DNA of 64,000 bases, taken from contig NW_021832396.1 of NCBI RefSeq assembly GCF_006345805.1, positions 4,873-68,872 on the forward strand, given 5' to 3'. This document shows, one piece after another, positions 47,712 to 61,460 of this stretch. Each line of letters opens with the position of its first letter. Position 1 is the first letter of the stretch. This DNA is from Octopus sinensis. Taxonomy: Eukaryota. A program made the translations under genes and the position numbers. Below the pieces are notes generated by a model. That model was not told the DNA's origin and searched no databases. It was given only the letters and a program-made list of their open reading frames with translations.

Positions 47712-47880
47712 CTAGCAGTATCGCCTGGCGTTGCTCGGGTTTGTAAGGGAAATAACTATATAAGCATTTTTAGAGAGTTACTTCCCTTATAAAAATCGAG
47801 CAAAAATGGATTAAAAATGCGGAAAAATGATGGTAAATTTTTTTTTAAATCGTAGACTCATTGTAGACGTGCGCTAATAT
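47712..47880 (-). mobile_element. Helitron 3' end fragment
   Basis: ctag terminus with an adjacent GC hairpin (cctggcgttgctcggg), same design as at 48761. Confidence 0.6.
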
Positions 47881-48760
47881 TAGGCTGTTAAGAAAGGAGA
47901 CAATACTTTTGGAAGGTATGGTGGGGGAAAAAAAAAACAAGAAAAAAATGTGGTGAAATTTGAAACCAGACCGTTTAGTTTTACATATGAGACAAGACAG
48001 AACTATCTGCTGCTTTCTGGAAGGTCCCATTATCACACAGAAAGACAACTATCGGCATTTTGGTCTTTCACATCAGGTACAGCGATTTGGTTGAGGAAAT
48101 CTTTCAGGGTCAGAAAGAGCAGGTCACCGGCAGTTTCTGAAATGACAAGAATATAATACAAAATATTGACTTTTCTTTTAATTTGCCACCAGTGTGAAGG
48201 ACGGACAGTGGGGCCAACAGAAAGTGTTAGGGTTTACATATAATGAAATGAGAAAAGAATTATACACAGGCATGACATCTTGAGCAAGTGTCTTCTGCTA
48301 TAGCCCCGGGCCGACCAATGCCTTGTGAGTGGATTTGGTAGACGGAAACTGAAAGGAGCCTGTCGTATATATGTATATGTGTGTGTGTTTGTCCCCCTAG
48401 CATTGCTTGACAACCGGTGCTGGTGTGTTTACATCCCCGTCACTTAGCAGTTCAGCAAAATAGACCGACAGAATAAGTACTTGGCTTACAAAGAATAAGT
48501 CCCGGGGTCGATTTGCTCGACTAAAGGTGTGCTCCAGCATGGCTGCAGTCAAATGACTGAAACAAGTAAAAGAGTAAAGAGTAAGAGAGAGGCATGACAG
48601 TGTGGTAACATGCTTGCTTCCCAACCACATGGTTCAGGGTTCAGTCCCACTGCGTGGCACCTTGGGCAGGTGTCTTCTACTATAGCCTCAGGCCGACCAA
48701 AAGCCTTGTTAGTGGATTTGGTAGACGGAAACTGAAAGATGCTCATCATATATATACATA

Positions 48761-49578
48761 CTAGCAGCATAGCCCGGCGTTGCCCGGGTATGTATGAGCC
48801 CCTAGTAGGCAACAACTAATCCCAATCTACTCCTTTCCCTCTAGGGAATGAAGGCGCATGTGTAGGTTGCAATGTCTTCTCTTCACTCGAATACTTCTGT
48901 GTATACGATGTTCCTAGCTGTCCTTTGGGCGAAAACATGAAAATATCATTGCGCCTCCCAAGAGAGTTAAAAAGGTCGAGTTGCGTCCCCTAGACTGTCT
49001 GTGGTTTGTGTTTAATACACAAATCGGTTTGCTATGTGTGACACATATGATTTAATTAACCGATTTTTTCCAGTAATAAAGTATCCTATTGGAATAAAAA
49101 GGGCCATATAGCTCCTTGGAGCAGACATGATGCTCACTGTGAATTAAAAAAAAAATTCCTGCCAATTTGTGAAAGATATTGTCGAAAATATGCCATCTTG
49201 AATTTAAACGGGATTTCCCAAAATGGCATGATTTTATCGATTTTTTCTGATGGCAAGGTATTGCATGGAAAACTAACGTCAGAATTAAGTTTCTTAGGGT
49301 AACATTAAGCTTTACCATGAGTTTGGTGAAAATCGATTGCAAGTTGCGAAAACTACAACAGAAAATGTGTTGCATATAAGAAGCTTAGATTCTCGACGCC
49401 ATGTTGAATTAATCAATTTTTTTCAGAACTGGGGGAACTTTTCAAAATTTTAGCTGTGTTAGTTTTGAATTATGACATTGGGCTATGTGTGTGTCAAGTT
49501 TCATCAGAATCGGTTGAAAGCCGTGGTCAGAGTGAGGGTACAACCTGACAGACAAACTGCCGTTTATATATAGAGAGA
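48761..49578 (-). mobile_element. Non-autonomous Helitron with a helicase C-terminal remnant
   Basis: On the - strand: A|TC 5' end at 49578, hairpin cccgg-gcaacg-ccggg 10 nt before CTAG|T at 48761; remnant RNIVYTEVFE* resembles the Helitron Pif1 C-terminus. Confidence 0.8.
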
Positions 49579-50884
49579 TTCATTATCATCATCATCGTTT
49601 AACATCCGTTTTCCATGTTAGCATGGATTGGACGGTTCGACCGGGGTCTGGGAAGGCAGCAGGCTGCACCAGGCTCCGGTCTGATCTGGCAGTGTTTCTA
49701 CAGCTGGATGCCCTTCCTAACGCCAACCACTCCGTGAGTGTAGTGGGTGCTTTTTACGTGCCACTGGCACAGAAGCCAGCACTGGCATCGGCCACGATTG
49801 GATGGCGCTTTTTATGTGCCACCGGCACAGGTATCACAACTACAATTATATAAAGTGGAGGACAAACTTTCATTGGTCACATTCTTTTATGAAATTCATA
49901 TACGGCATCAGACTAATCTTAAACTGTGAGAATACCACATTGTCACCCATAATTATGACCCGAGTATCGATCTATTGCATTTCAATCTGTTTTAGGGTTA
50001 GGGGTGGGGGAAGGGTATCTTTTTTTTCTTCAGAAATGTAAATAAACCCAATCTGTTTCTTAAACGAGGGACATATTCATACGGCACAGAATGTTTTTTT
50101 TACCTCAATAGACGTCATTGATTGGTTGAATACAGACTGGTCAACAGAAGCGGACCAATTATTCTTCATGACCACATGTTTCACTAATATCAATCTTATC
50201 GAGTGGCCAGCATGGGAATAAAAAACCTTACAAAGGTAATAATTATTTAAAACTATAAATTAGAGTATCTGAGAGAGACCACCATGCTGAAATAGCAGTC
50301 AAAACCCTGACCCTAAAAACACCTTTTGCAAGATTATTTTGTGTCTGAGTTCTCTCCTAGCGCTATAGGAACATTTAAGGTGGTTTTAGGGTCAGGGTTT
50401 TGACTGCTATTTCAGCATGGTGGTATCTCTCAGATACCCAAATATTGACTCTCCCTCTCTTTTACTCTATTACCTGTTTCAGTCATTTGACTGCGGCCAT
50501 GCTGGAGCACCGCCTTTAGTTGAGCAACTCGACCCCGGGACTTATTCTTTTTGTAAGCCCAGTACTTATTCTATCGGTCTCTTTTTGCCGAACCGCTAAG
50601 TGACGGGTACGTAAGCACACCAGCATCGGTTGTCAAGCAATGCTAGGGGAACAAACACAGACACACAAACACACACACATACATACATATATACATATAT
50701 ACAACAGGCTTCTTTCAGTTTCCGTCTACCAAATCCACTCACAAGGCATTGGTCGGCCCGGGGCTATAGCAGAAGACACTTGCCCAAGATGCCACGCAGT
50801 GGGACTGAATCCGGAACCATGTGGTTGGTTAGCAAGCTACTTACCACACAGCCACTCCTGCGCCTATGTATATATAGAAATTTA

Positions 50885-51304
50885 GGATCTTTTCGGTTTG
50901 AACGGCAGTTTTTTCTAGTGGTGTCATATGAAATTGTCACCCATAATTATGACCCTAGTATCGATCTATTGCATTTCAATCTGTTTTAGGGTTAGGGGTG
51001 GGGGAAGGATATCTTTTTTTCTTCAGAAATGTAAATAAACCCAATCTGTTTCTTAAACGAGGGACATATTCATACGGCACAGAATGTTTTTTTTTTTTTT
51101 ACCTCAATAGACGTCATTGATTGGTTGAAATTGCAGAAATTGAAGAAAAAAAAACAACAAATATCTTACAAACCATAGAATTTTCTCAATAAAGCCAAGA
51201 GAAAAAGATGTTTTATAAACACATTCTACCAGTATACGAAGTTTAAAAGTGTTTAGTTACGTGGAAATTATTTTAAAAAACTGCCGGTCAAACCGAAAAA
51301 ATCC
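50885..51304. mobile_element. Full Merlin-like MITE (about 420 bp); related partial or tandem copies at 46190-46700, 49930-50130, 51730-52460 and 58013-58920 (period about 275 bp, 3 copies)
   Basis: TIR ggatcttttcggtttgaacggcagtttttt / aaaaaactgccggtcaaaccgaaaaaatcc; flanks gaaattta / gaaatttg (8-bp TSD, 1 mismatch). Confidence 0.85.
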
Positions 51305-53159
51305 GAAATTTGTAGTACCTACTTAGAATTAAGTAGTTCAAACTATCCCTTTGTTTAATTTTATTTATCTCCAGCTGTCCCTTCCGGAATCCGTGGACAC
51401 TTTATTTCTATCCGGTTATTCGTGTTTGGAAATACTTTAAATATTTCTTTCATCTCCTTTTACTTTCCTGTTTTGATAACATTAAGGATGGTCCAAATGC
51501 CAAAACAAATCCAGCATCTCAGTTGATAACATACAAATAGATCATCATCATCATTGTTTAACGTCCGCTTTCCATGCTAGCATGGGTCGGACGATTTTGA
51601 CTGAGGGCTGAGAAGACAGATCGATAGAGAGAGACAAATAAATAGACAGATAGATAAATAGATAGGTCTTCCTGGGGCTATAAACAACAATAACACAGTC
51701 TTCTATAGGATCGCCACATTCAGTTGAGAAATATAATTTGTAAGATATTTGTTGTTTTTGTTTCTTCAATTTCTGCAATTTCAACCAATCAATGGCGTCT
51801 ATTGAGGTGAAGACGTTCTGTGCTGTATGAAAATGTCCCTCGTTTAAGAAAGAGGATCTTTTCGGTTTGAACGGCAGCTTTTTAAAATAATTTCCATGTA
51901 ACTAAACACTTTTAAACTTCGTATACTGGTAGAATGTGTTTATAAAACATCTTTTTCTCTTGGCTTTATTGAGAAAATTCTATAGTTTGTAAGATATTTG
52001 TTGTTTTTTGTTTCTTCAATTTCTGCAATTTCAGCCAATCAATGACGTCTATTGAGGTAAAAAAAAAACATTCTGTGCCGTATGAATATGTCCCTCGTTT
52101 AAGAAATAGGATCTTTTCGGTTTGAACGGCAGATTTTTAAAATAATTTCCACGTAACTAAACACTTTTAAACTTCGTAATTATGGGTGGCAATTTCATAT
52201 GACCCCATTAAAAAAAAACTGCCGTTCAAACCGAAAAGATCCGGTTTCTGTAGAAAAAAAAAATCCCCCGAAGATGGGTGTGGTCCATCTCCTTGCGCGT
52301 CGGGTCCACTTTTCTGTTTGACCGGCAGCTTTTTAAAATAATTTCCACCTAACTAAACACTTTTAAACATCGTATACTGGTAGAATGTATCATAATTATG
52401 GGTGACAATTTCATATGACCCCATTAAAACAAACTGCCGTTCAAACCGAAAAGATCCGGTTTCTGTACAAAAAAAATCCCCCGAAGATGGGTGTGGTCCA
52501 TCTCCTTTACCTTTGCCGCAATCCGATGAAATTTTAGGCAAGGTCTGCGCATCGGGTCCACTCTTCTTGAGTAGTACCAAATGTTTTCTTAATAGACTGC
52601 TTCTGTCCTTTAGGATTTAGGCAACGATACATTCAACCCTCTCTCGTCCACTGCGCACATTTAAAAGCTTTCTCTACGTAACCCACCGCGAGTCCTTAAA
52701 AAAAATATCGACCAGCTTTTCAGGATCGTTCACAATACCAGTAATTATAAATAACCCTAGTCGGTCCCCTTATAGCGTTAACATTTCAGGGCCCTTGTAT
52801 CCCACTAGTCCCTAATTTGCCCTTAAATCACACTAAAAAAAGGTTTTTCGAATGTTTTCCACACGCGGGTAACCATACGATTATGCAAAAAACCAAAGCA
52901 AGGTACTACTTAAGAACAGTGGCCCCGGTGCGCGCACTCCGGCTAGCTAGTCGTGACTAATCGATCCTACGACTACCTTGCAAAGTAAATAGAGCACAAA
53001 ATAAATAATTTTTTCACACAAAGTAAATAATTTTTGTTGAACAAGGCAAATAAAACACAAAATAATTTTTTAAACAAAGTAAATAACACGCAAAAACACA
53101 AAGTAAGGATCGACTAGTCATGAGTAGCTAGGGCGGATGTGCGAGTACGCGCACCAGGA

Positions 53160-55806
53160 CGCAAAGCAATACTTTCTTTGTGTGATTTAAAGTCGATTTA
53201 GCTGTTATTTCTAGCACATCTCATACCCCAAAGCAGTACTTTGTGATTTAAAGTCGATTTAGCTGTTATTTCTAGCACATCTCATACCCCAAAGCAGTAC
53301 TTTGTGTGATTTAAAGTCGATTTAGCTGTTATTTCTAGCACATCTCATACCCCAAAGCAGTACTTTGTGATTTAAAGTCGATTTAGCTGTTATTTCTAGC
53401 ACATCTCATACCCCAAAGCAATACTTTGTGTGATTTAAAGTCGATTTAGCTGTTATTTTTAGCACATCTCATACCCCAAAGCGATACTTTGTATGATTTA
53501 AAGTCGATTTAGCTGTTATTTTTAGCACATCTCATACCCCAAAGCAATACTTTGTATGATTTAAAGTCGATTTAGCTGTTATTTTTAGCACATCTCATAC
53601 CCCAAAGCAATACTTTGTATGATTTAAAGTCGATTTAGCTGTTATTTCTAGCACATCTCATACCCCAAAGCAATACTTTGTATGATTTAAAGTCGATTTA
53701 GCTGTTATTTCTAGCACATCTCATACCCCAAAGCGATACTTTGTGTGATTTAAAGTCGATTTAGCTGTTATTTCTAGCACATCTCATACCCCAAAGCAAT
53801 ACTTTGTATGATTTAAAGTCGATTTAGCTGTTATTTCTAGCACATCTCATACCCCAAAGCAATACTTTGTATGATTTAAAGTCGATTTAGCTGTTATTTC
53901 TAGCACATCTCATACCCCAAAGCAATACTTTGTATGATTTAAAGTCGATTTAGCTGTTATTTCTAGCACATCTCATACCCCAAAGCAATACTTTGTATGA
54001 TTTAAAGTCGATTTAGCTGTTATTTCTAGCACATCTCATACCCCAAAGCAGTACTTTGTGTGATTTAAAGTCGATTTAGCTGTTATTTCTAGCACATCTC
54101 ATACCCCAAAGCAATACTTTGTGTGATTTAAAGTCGATTTAGCTGTTATTTCTAGCACATCTCATACCCCAAAGCAATACTTTGTGTGATTTAAAGTCGA
54201 TTTAGCTGTTATTTCTAGCACATCTCATACCCCAAAGCAGTACTTTGTATGATTTAAAGTCGATTTAGCTGTTATTTCTAGCACATCTCATACCCCAAAG
54301 CAATACTTTGTATGATTTAAAGTCAATTTAGCTGTTATTTCTAGCACATCTCATACCCCAAAGCAGTACTTTGTATGATTTAAAGTCAATTTAGCTGTTA
54401 TTTCTAGCACATCTCATACCCCAAAGCAATACTTTGTATGATTTAAAGTCGATTTAGCTGTTATTTTTAGCACATCTCATACCCCAAAGCGATACTTTGT
54501 ATGATTTAAAGTCGATTTAGCTGTTATTTTTAGCACATCTCATACCCCAAAGCGATACTTTGTATGATTTAAAGTCGATTTAGCTGTTATTTTTAGCACA
54601 TCTCATACCCCAAAGCAATACTTTGTATGATTTAAAGTCGATTTAGCTGTTATTTTTAGCACATCTCATACCCCAAAGCGATACTTTGTATGATTTAAAG
54701 TCGATTTAGCTGTTATTTTTAGCACATCTCATACCCCAAAGCAGTACTTTGTATGATTTAAAGTCAATTTAGCTGTTATTTCTAGCACATCTCATACCCC
54801 AAAGCAATACTTTGTATGATTTAAAGTCGATTTAGCTGTTATTTTTAGCACATCTCATACCCCAAAGCGATACTTTGTATGATTTAAAGTCGATTTAGCT
54901 GTTATTTTTAGCACATCTCATACCCCAAAGCGATACTTTGTATGATTTAAAGTCGATTTAGCTGTTATTTTTAGCACATCTCATACCCCAAAGCGATACT
55001 TTGTATGATTTAAAGTCAATTTAGCTGTTATTTTTAGCACATCTCATACCCCAAAGCAGTACTTTGTATGAGTTAAAGTCGATTTAGCTGTTATTTTTAG
55101 CACATCTCATACCCCAAAGCGATACTTTGTATGATTTAAAGTCGATTTAGCTGTTATTTTTAGCACATCTCATACCCCAAAGCGATACTTTGTATGATTT
55201 AAAGTCGATTTAGCTGTTATTTTTAGCACATCTCATACCCCAAAGCAATACTTTGTATGATTTAAAGTCAATTTAGCTGTTATTTCTAGCACATCTCATA
55301 CCCCAAAGCAATACTTTGTGTGATTTAAAGTCAATTTAGCTGTTATTTCTAGCACATCTCATACCCCAAAGCAATACTTTGTGTGATTTAAAGTCAATTT
55401 AGCTGTTATTTCTAGCACATCTCATACCCCAAAGCAATACTTTGTGTGATTTAAAGTCGATTTAGCTGTTATTTCTAGCACATCTCATACCCCAAAGCAA
55501 TACTTTGTGTGATTTAAAGTCGATTTAGCTGTTATTTCTAGCACATCTCATACCCCAAAGCAATACTTTGTATGATTTAAAGTCGATTTAGCTGTTATTT
55601 CTAGCACATCTCATACCCCAAAGCAATACTTTGTGTGATTTAAAGTCGATTTAGCTGTTATTTCTAGCACATCTCATACCCCAAAGCAATACTTTGTATG
55701 ATTTAAAGTCGATTTAGCTGTTATTTCTAGCACATCTCATACCCCAAAGCAGTACTTTGTATGATTTAAAGTCGATTTAGCTGTTATTTCTAGCACATCT
55801 CATACT
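53160..55806. repeat. 63-bp tandem satellite, about 42 highly homogeneous copies
   Basis: Unit aaagcaatactttgtatgatttaaagtcgatttagctgttatttctagcacatctcatacccc; period checked at 53401/53464. Confidence 0.97.
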
Positions 55807-56124
55807 GCTTTAATGTTTTTTTGTGTTTTTGATAATGAACAATAAAGGCCAAAGGGTTTACTTACCTTTAGAGGTGCAGAAGTTTTTCGGCGGGTTTCAA
55901 ATTGTCCAACGTCTCAACGGAAAAAACTGGGAGAATGATTAAAGAGCGAATCAGGGGACGTAAATAAGGGAGAACGAACTCGAGTGAGTATGAGTGAGGC
56001 TAAAAGGAAAACTTTGTGGATTCTGGGTGTGGCAGAATAACGAGGATCTTTAGATATTTCTCTGCTGTTAGGAAGGGCTAAAAAAGGTACGATGATTTTA
56101 GGCGGGATCCTTCACGGCAGAATA

Positions 56125-56510
56125 GTTTGCGCGCCTGGCGAAATGCTTTGTGGTATTTCGTCTGCCGCTACGTTCTGAGTTCAAATTCCGCCGAGGTCAA
56201 CTTTGCCTTTCATCCTTTCGGGGTCGATTAAATAAGTACCAGTTGCGCACTGGAGTCGATATAATCGACTTAATCCGTCTGTTTGTCCTCTTTGTGTTTA
56301 GCCCCTTGTGGGTAGTAAAGAAATAGGTATTTCGTCCGTCTTTATGTTCTGAGTTCAAATTCCGTCGAGGTCGACTTTGCCTTTCATCCTTTCGGGGTCG
56401 ATTAAATAAGTACCGGTTACGCACTGGAGTAGATATAATCGACTTAATCCGTGTGTCTGTCCTTGTTTGTCTCCTCTGTGTTTAGCCCCTTGTGGGTAGT
56501 AAAGAAATAG
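56125..56510 (+). mobile_element. Two tandem SINE A copies
   Basis: gttctgagttcaaattccg...gccccttgtgggtagtaaagaaatag occurs twice. Confidence 0.88.
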
Positions 56511-57059
56511 ATTTCATTAGTCTGATACATGTTAGTAAAGATTTTTCTTCAGAGATAAAACGGATTTCAAAAGACCAACTGAAATGAAAGTTTTCTCTCC
56601 TTTAGCACAAGCACCTGGGGAAACATAAGGGCACCGCCCAACCATTTCGCCTGACCCACTTTTGAGGAGGAAGTAAAACTGAAGACAACTCCAACTAAGG
56701 CCATCATACCATCATCCGCCATGCCAGGTGACCAATACCCCAGATCGTTCCATTCCCGACCTGGTCTTCTGATCCATGTCAGGTTTAAGCATCATAGGGG
56801 CACCGGATGAACGGAACCCGGACACGAGTGGTGCCGACGACGATCTTATCTCAGGAAACATGGTTATGGTACAATATAAAGATCTGTGGATAGCCCTGTT
56901 GAGGGTTGTTAGGGTTTGATCCTTCTTCAGACGTCCTGGAAGCATTAGATGTCCTTCTAGAAGAGGAGCTCATTCCGGCGGTGAAGGCTGGGGTTGCTTT
57001 CTTGCTAATGAAGCGGACCTCTGCACTTCTGAAGTTGGGTTGCGACCGATCCTTAACGA

Positions 57060-58010
57060 ATGACGACGGAAGAATGTATAGTGAAGGGGAGGGTGATAGT
57101 TATAGATGTATTATAAAAGGGGGAGGAGGTTTTGGTAGTAGAGAGAGGAAAAGAGGACGAAGATGTAGTGTGAAAGAGAGAGAGAGAGGATGAGAGTAAA
57201 AACATAATGGGAGTGGTAGTAATAGATGTACTGTAACAGGAGGAGGAGGTTTTGGTAGTAGGGAGAGAAAAGGAGGACGAAGATGTAGTGTGAAAGAGGG
57301 AGGGAGGAAGAGAGTAAAAACATGATGGGAGTGGTAGTAATAGATGTACTGTAAGAGGAGGAGGAGGTTTTAGTGGAGCGAGAGAGAGAAAGAGTAATGT
57401 GACAGCGAGACAGGAAGAGAGTAGCAGTTTATGGGAGTGAGAGTAATAGATGTACATTAACAGGAGGAGGTGGTTTCAGTCGAGGGAGGGGGAAAGGACG
57501 AAGGAATAAGGTGGATTGTGAGAGTATGAGGGTAGGAGTGGCAGTATTAGAGAGTTATAGGAAGAGGGAGTCATTGTGATTGGGTGACGTACTAATAAGT
57601 GTTATTGTGAAAGGGGGAGGAAGGTATTAGTGGGAGAGAAGGACTGGCGAAATAGTCAGAGAGATGAGAGAGGAAATAAGAATTTATGAAAGTAGAGAGA
57701 GAGTGTGTCGGGAAGTGGACGACGCTGTAAGAAATAGGAGGGAGAGAGAGATATTAAGGGAGTGGTAGTAATAGGTGTACTGGGAAAGAGAGAGGAAGGT
57801 ACGATGTGTGAGGGAGAGAAAAGAAGAAAGGGAAGGCGTAGTATGAGAGAGTTGAATAAGAGAGAGAGAGAGAGATATTGTAAGAGAGTGACGGGAAAGG
57901 AAGACAACGTGAAAGAGGAACAGTATGAGGTAATAATTGTGAGTGTTAGAGAGGAAGACACTGTGAGAGAGAGATACGGAGGTCGAGGAAGACACTATAA
58001 GAGATTTAAA
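57060..58010. repeat. Purine-rich low-complexity tract with a degenerate about 120-bp repeat (3-4 copies)
   Basis: gatgta...ggaggaggttttggtagtag...gaggacgaagatgtagtgtgaaagag recurs at about 57105, 57226 and 57344. Confidence 0.8.
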
Positions 58011-59454
58011 GGGGGATCTTTTCGGTTTGACCGGCAGTTTTTTCTAGCGGTGTCATATGAAATTGTCACCCATAATCATGACCCTAGTATCGATCTATTG
58101 CATTTCAATCTGTTTTAGGGTTAGGGGTGGTGGAAGGGTATCTTTTTTTCTTCACAAATGTAAATAAACCCAATCTGTTTTTTAAACGAGGGACATATTC
58201 ATACGGCACAGAATGTTTTTTTACCTCAATAGACGTCATTGATTGGTTGAAATTGCAGAAATTGAAGAAAAATAACCACAAATGGATCTTTTCGGTTTGA
58301 CCGGCAGGTTTTTCTAGCGGTGTCATATGAAATTGTCACCCATAATTAAGACCCTAGTTTCGATCTATTGCATTTCAATCTGTTTTAGGGTTAGGGTGTG
58401 GCGAAGGGTATCTTTTTTTCTTCACAAATGTAAATAAACCCAATCTGTTTTTTAAACGAGGGACATATTCATACGGCACAGAAAGTTGTTTTTTTTTACC
58501 TCAATAGACGTCATTGATTGGTTGAAATTGCAGAAATTGAAGAAAAATAACCACAAATGGATCTTTTCGGTTTGAACAGCAGGTTTTTCTAGCGGTGTCA
58601 TATGAAATTGTCACCCATAATTAAGACCCTAGTTTCGATCTATTGCATTTCAATCTGTTTTAGGGTTAGGGTGTGGCGAAGGGTATCTTTTTTTCTTCAC
58701 AAATGTAAATAAACCCAATCTGTTTCTTAAACGAGGGACATATTCATACGGCACAGAAACTTTTTTTTTTTTTTTTTTTTACCTCAATAGACGTCATTGA
58801 TTGGTTGAAATTGCAGAAATTGAAGAAAAAAAACCAACAAATATCTTACAAACCACAGAATTTTCTCAATAAAGCCAAGAGAAAAAGATATTTTATAAAC
58901 ACATTCTACCAGTATACGAGTAAGATAATTGCATAGAATAAAAGTAAAAAATCCATCGTCTCACAATCAAGATGAACCAAAATTATAAACACTCATCAAA
59001 TTTTTATTTTTCTAAATTCAAAAATTACAAAAAGAAAGAAAAGCGAGAGTAAAACCACTTGAGTAGGAAATAAAACAAAGGGTGAAACAGGATTTATCAA
59101 ATTCTCAAAAGCCATGTAATCAAAACAAAACCAGAGAGGATAAAACGCCTATAACAGGCATCCGCAGGAGTGGCTGTGTGGTAAGTAGCTTGCTTACCAA
59201 CCACATGGAATTTTGCAAAACAAATATTTAAAAATTGTTCTAAGTGGAGGTTCTTTTACTTTTTTATTCTTTTATTTGTTTCAGTCGCAGGAGTGGCTGT
59301 GTGGTAAGTAGCTTGCTAACCAACCACATGTTTGTGGGTTCAGTCCCACTGCGTGGCATCTAAGGCAAGTGTCTTCTGCTATAGTTCCGGGCCGACCAAT
59401 GCCTTGTGAGTGAATTTGGTAGACGGAAACTGAAAGAAGCCTGTCGTATATGCA

Positions 59455-59866
59455 TGCACACACATATGCATGCATGTATGTATGTATGTATGAATATATG
59501 TATGTATGTATTGTATGTATGTATGTATGTATGTGTGTATGTATGTATGTATGTATGTGTGTATGTATGTATGTATGTATGTATGTATGTATGTATGTAT
59601 GTGTGTATGTATGTATGTATGTATGTATGTATGTACGTACATATGTATGTATGTATGTATGTATTGTATTTATGTGTGTATGTATGCATGTGTATGTATG
59701 TATATATGTGTGTGCATGCATATGTATGTATGTATGTGTGTGCATCTGTATGTACGTATCCTGCATATTTATGTGCTTGCCCGTCCGTGTTTGTGTATTT
59801 TCTATGTATGCGTGTGTGAGCGTGTGTTTGTATATGTATGCACCTCTGTCTCCTTGTGTGTGCATA

Positions 59867-59930
<64 letters not shown>
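59455..59930. repeat. (TATG)n and (TG)n microsatellite
   Basis: Directly visible. Confidence 0.95.
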
Positions 59931-60405
59931 GTAACTATGTACCTTGTTTGTATGTATGGATGTGCCTATTTACATGTGTGGACCCGTGTCTCCATATACT
60001 CTGTTTACTCTTTTACTTGTTTCAGTCATTTGACCGCGGCCATGCTGGAGCACCGCCTTTAGTCTATATATATATATAGTGGCTAATACCATAGCGGATC
60101 TATTTTTAGCGCAAGAGTCGACCATATGGTGGTCACCCTCTTATATTTGTGTATATATGTATATATACTCTTTTACTCTTTTACTTGTTTCAGTCATTTG
60201 ACTGCGGCCATGCTGGAGCACCGCCTTTAGTCGATCAAATCGACCCCGGGACTTATTCATTGTAAGCCCAGTACTTATTCTATCGGTCTCTTTTGCCGAA
60301 CCGCTAAGTGACGGGGACGTAAACATACCAGCATTGGTTGTCAAGCAATGCTAGGGGGACAAAAACACACACATACACATATATATATATATATATATAT
60401 ACATA

Positions 60406-60725
60406 AGGGTGCGTGGCTTAGTGGTTAGGGCATTCGGCTCATGATCGTAAGGTTGTGAGTTCGATTCCCGGCGACGCGTTGTGTCCTTGAGCAAGACACT
60501 TTATTTCACGTTGCTCCAGTCCACTCAGCTGGCAAAAATGAGTTGTACTTGTATTTCAAAGGGTCAGCCTTGTCACTCTCTGTGTCACGCTGATTATCCC
60601 CGAGAACTATGTTAAGGGTACACGTGTCTGTGGAATGCTCAGCCATTTGCACGTTAATTTCACGAGCAGGCTGTTCCGTTGATTGTATCAGCTGGGACCC
60701 TCGTCGTCGTAACCGGCGGAGTCTT
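60406..60725 (+). mobile_element. tRNA-headed SINE family D nested in the TA linker of a SINE B copy
   Basis: Head gggtgcgtggcttagtggttaggg...gagttcgattccc; body gttgtgtccttgagcaagacacttt; SINE B continues on both sides. Confidence 0.8.
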
Positions 60726-61040
60726 TAATATATATACATATATATGACAGGCTTCTTTCAGTTTCCGTCTACCAAATTCACTCACAAGGCATTGGTCGGC
60801 CCGGAACTATAGCAGAAGACACTTGCCCAAGATGCCACGCAGTGGGACTGAACCCGCAACCATGAGGTTGGTTAGCAAGCTACTTAGCACACAGCCACTC
60901 CTGCGCCTCATGTGGAGTACAGTGTGTGTGTGTATATATGGTCATGTGTTTCAGTCTCCATTTGCGTATGTGTGCTTGTCTGTTCTTGTAACCTATCTAC
61001 CTATCCGTCTGTATCTTGATCTGTTTATTTTCATATCCAT

Positions 61041-61440
61041 AGGCGCAGGAGTGGCTGTGTGGTAAGTAGCTTGTTTACCAACCATATGATTCCAGGTTCA
61101 GTCCCACTGCGTGGCACCTTGGGCAGGTGTCTTCTACTATAGCCTCGGGCCAACCAAAGCCTTGTGAGTGGATTTGGTAGAAGGAAACTGAAAGAAGCCC
61201 GTCGTATATATGTGTGTGTGCGTGTATGTTTGTGTGTCTGTGTTTGTCCCCCTAGCATTTGCTTGACAACCGATGCTGGTGTGTTTACGTCCCCGTCACT
61301 TAGCGGTTCGGCAAAAGAGGCCAATAGAATAAGTACAAGGCTTACAAAGAATAAGTCCCGGGGTCGAGTTGCTCGACTAAAGGCGGTGCTCCAGCATGGC
61401 CGCAGTCAAATGACTGAAACAAGTAAAAGAGTAAAAGAGT
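61041..61440 (+). mobile_element. SINE family B, full-length reference copy
   Basis: ggcgcaggagtggctgtgtggtaag head, internal TA/GT linker, gtaaaaga-repeat tail. Confidence 0.92.
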
Positions 61441-61460
61441 ATATATATATATACACATAT

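Noticed and set aside
52511-52760. Possible minus-strand exon ending at an aag/gtaaag donor
   Set aside because: All frames contain stops nearby or give unrecognisable peptides, and it is embedded among MITE fragments.
53160-55806. Regular short repeat array resembling CRISPR
   Set aside because: Head-to-tail 63-bp units without unique spacers, no cas genes, eukaryotic context.
60406-60480. tRNA-like sequences (also the heads of SINE A and SINE B)
   Set aside because: A and B boxes are present, but there is no complete cloverleaf or acceptor stem and each runs into a SINE body.
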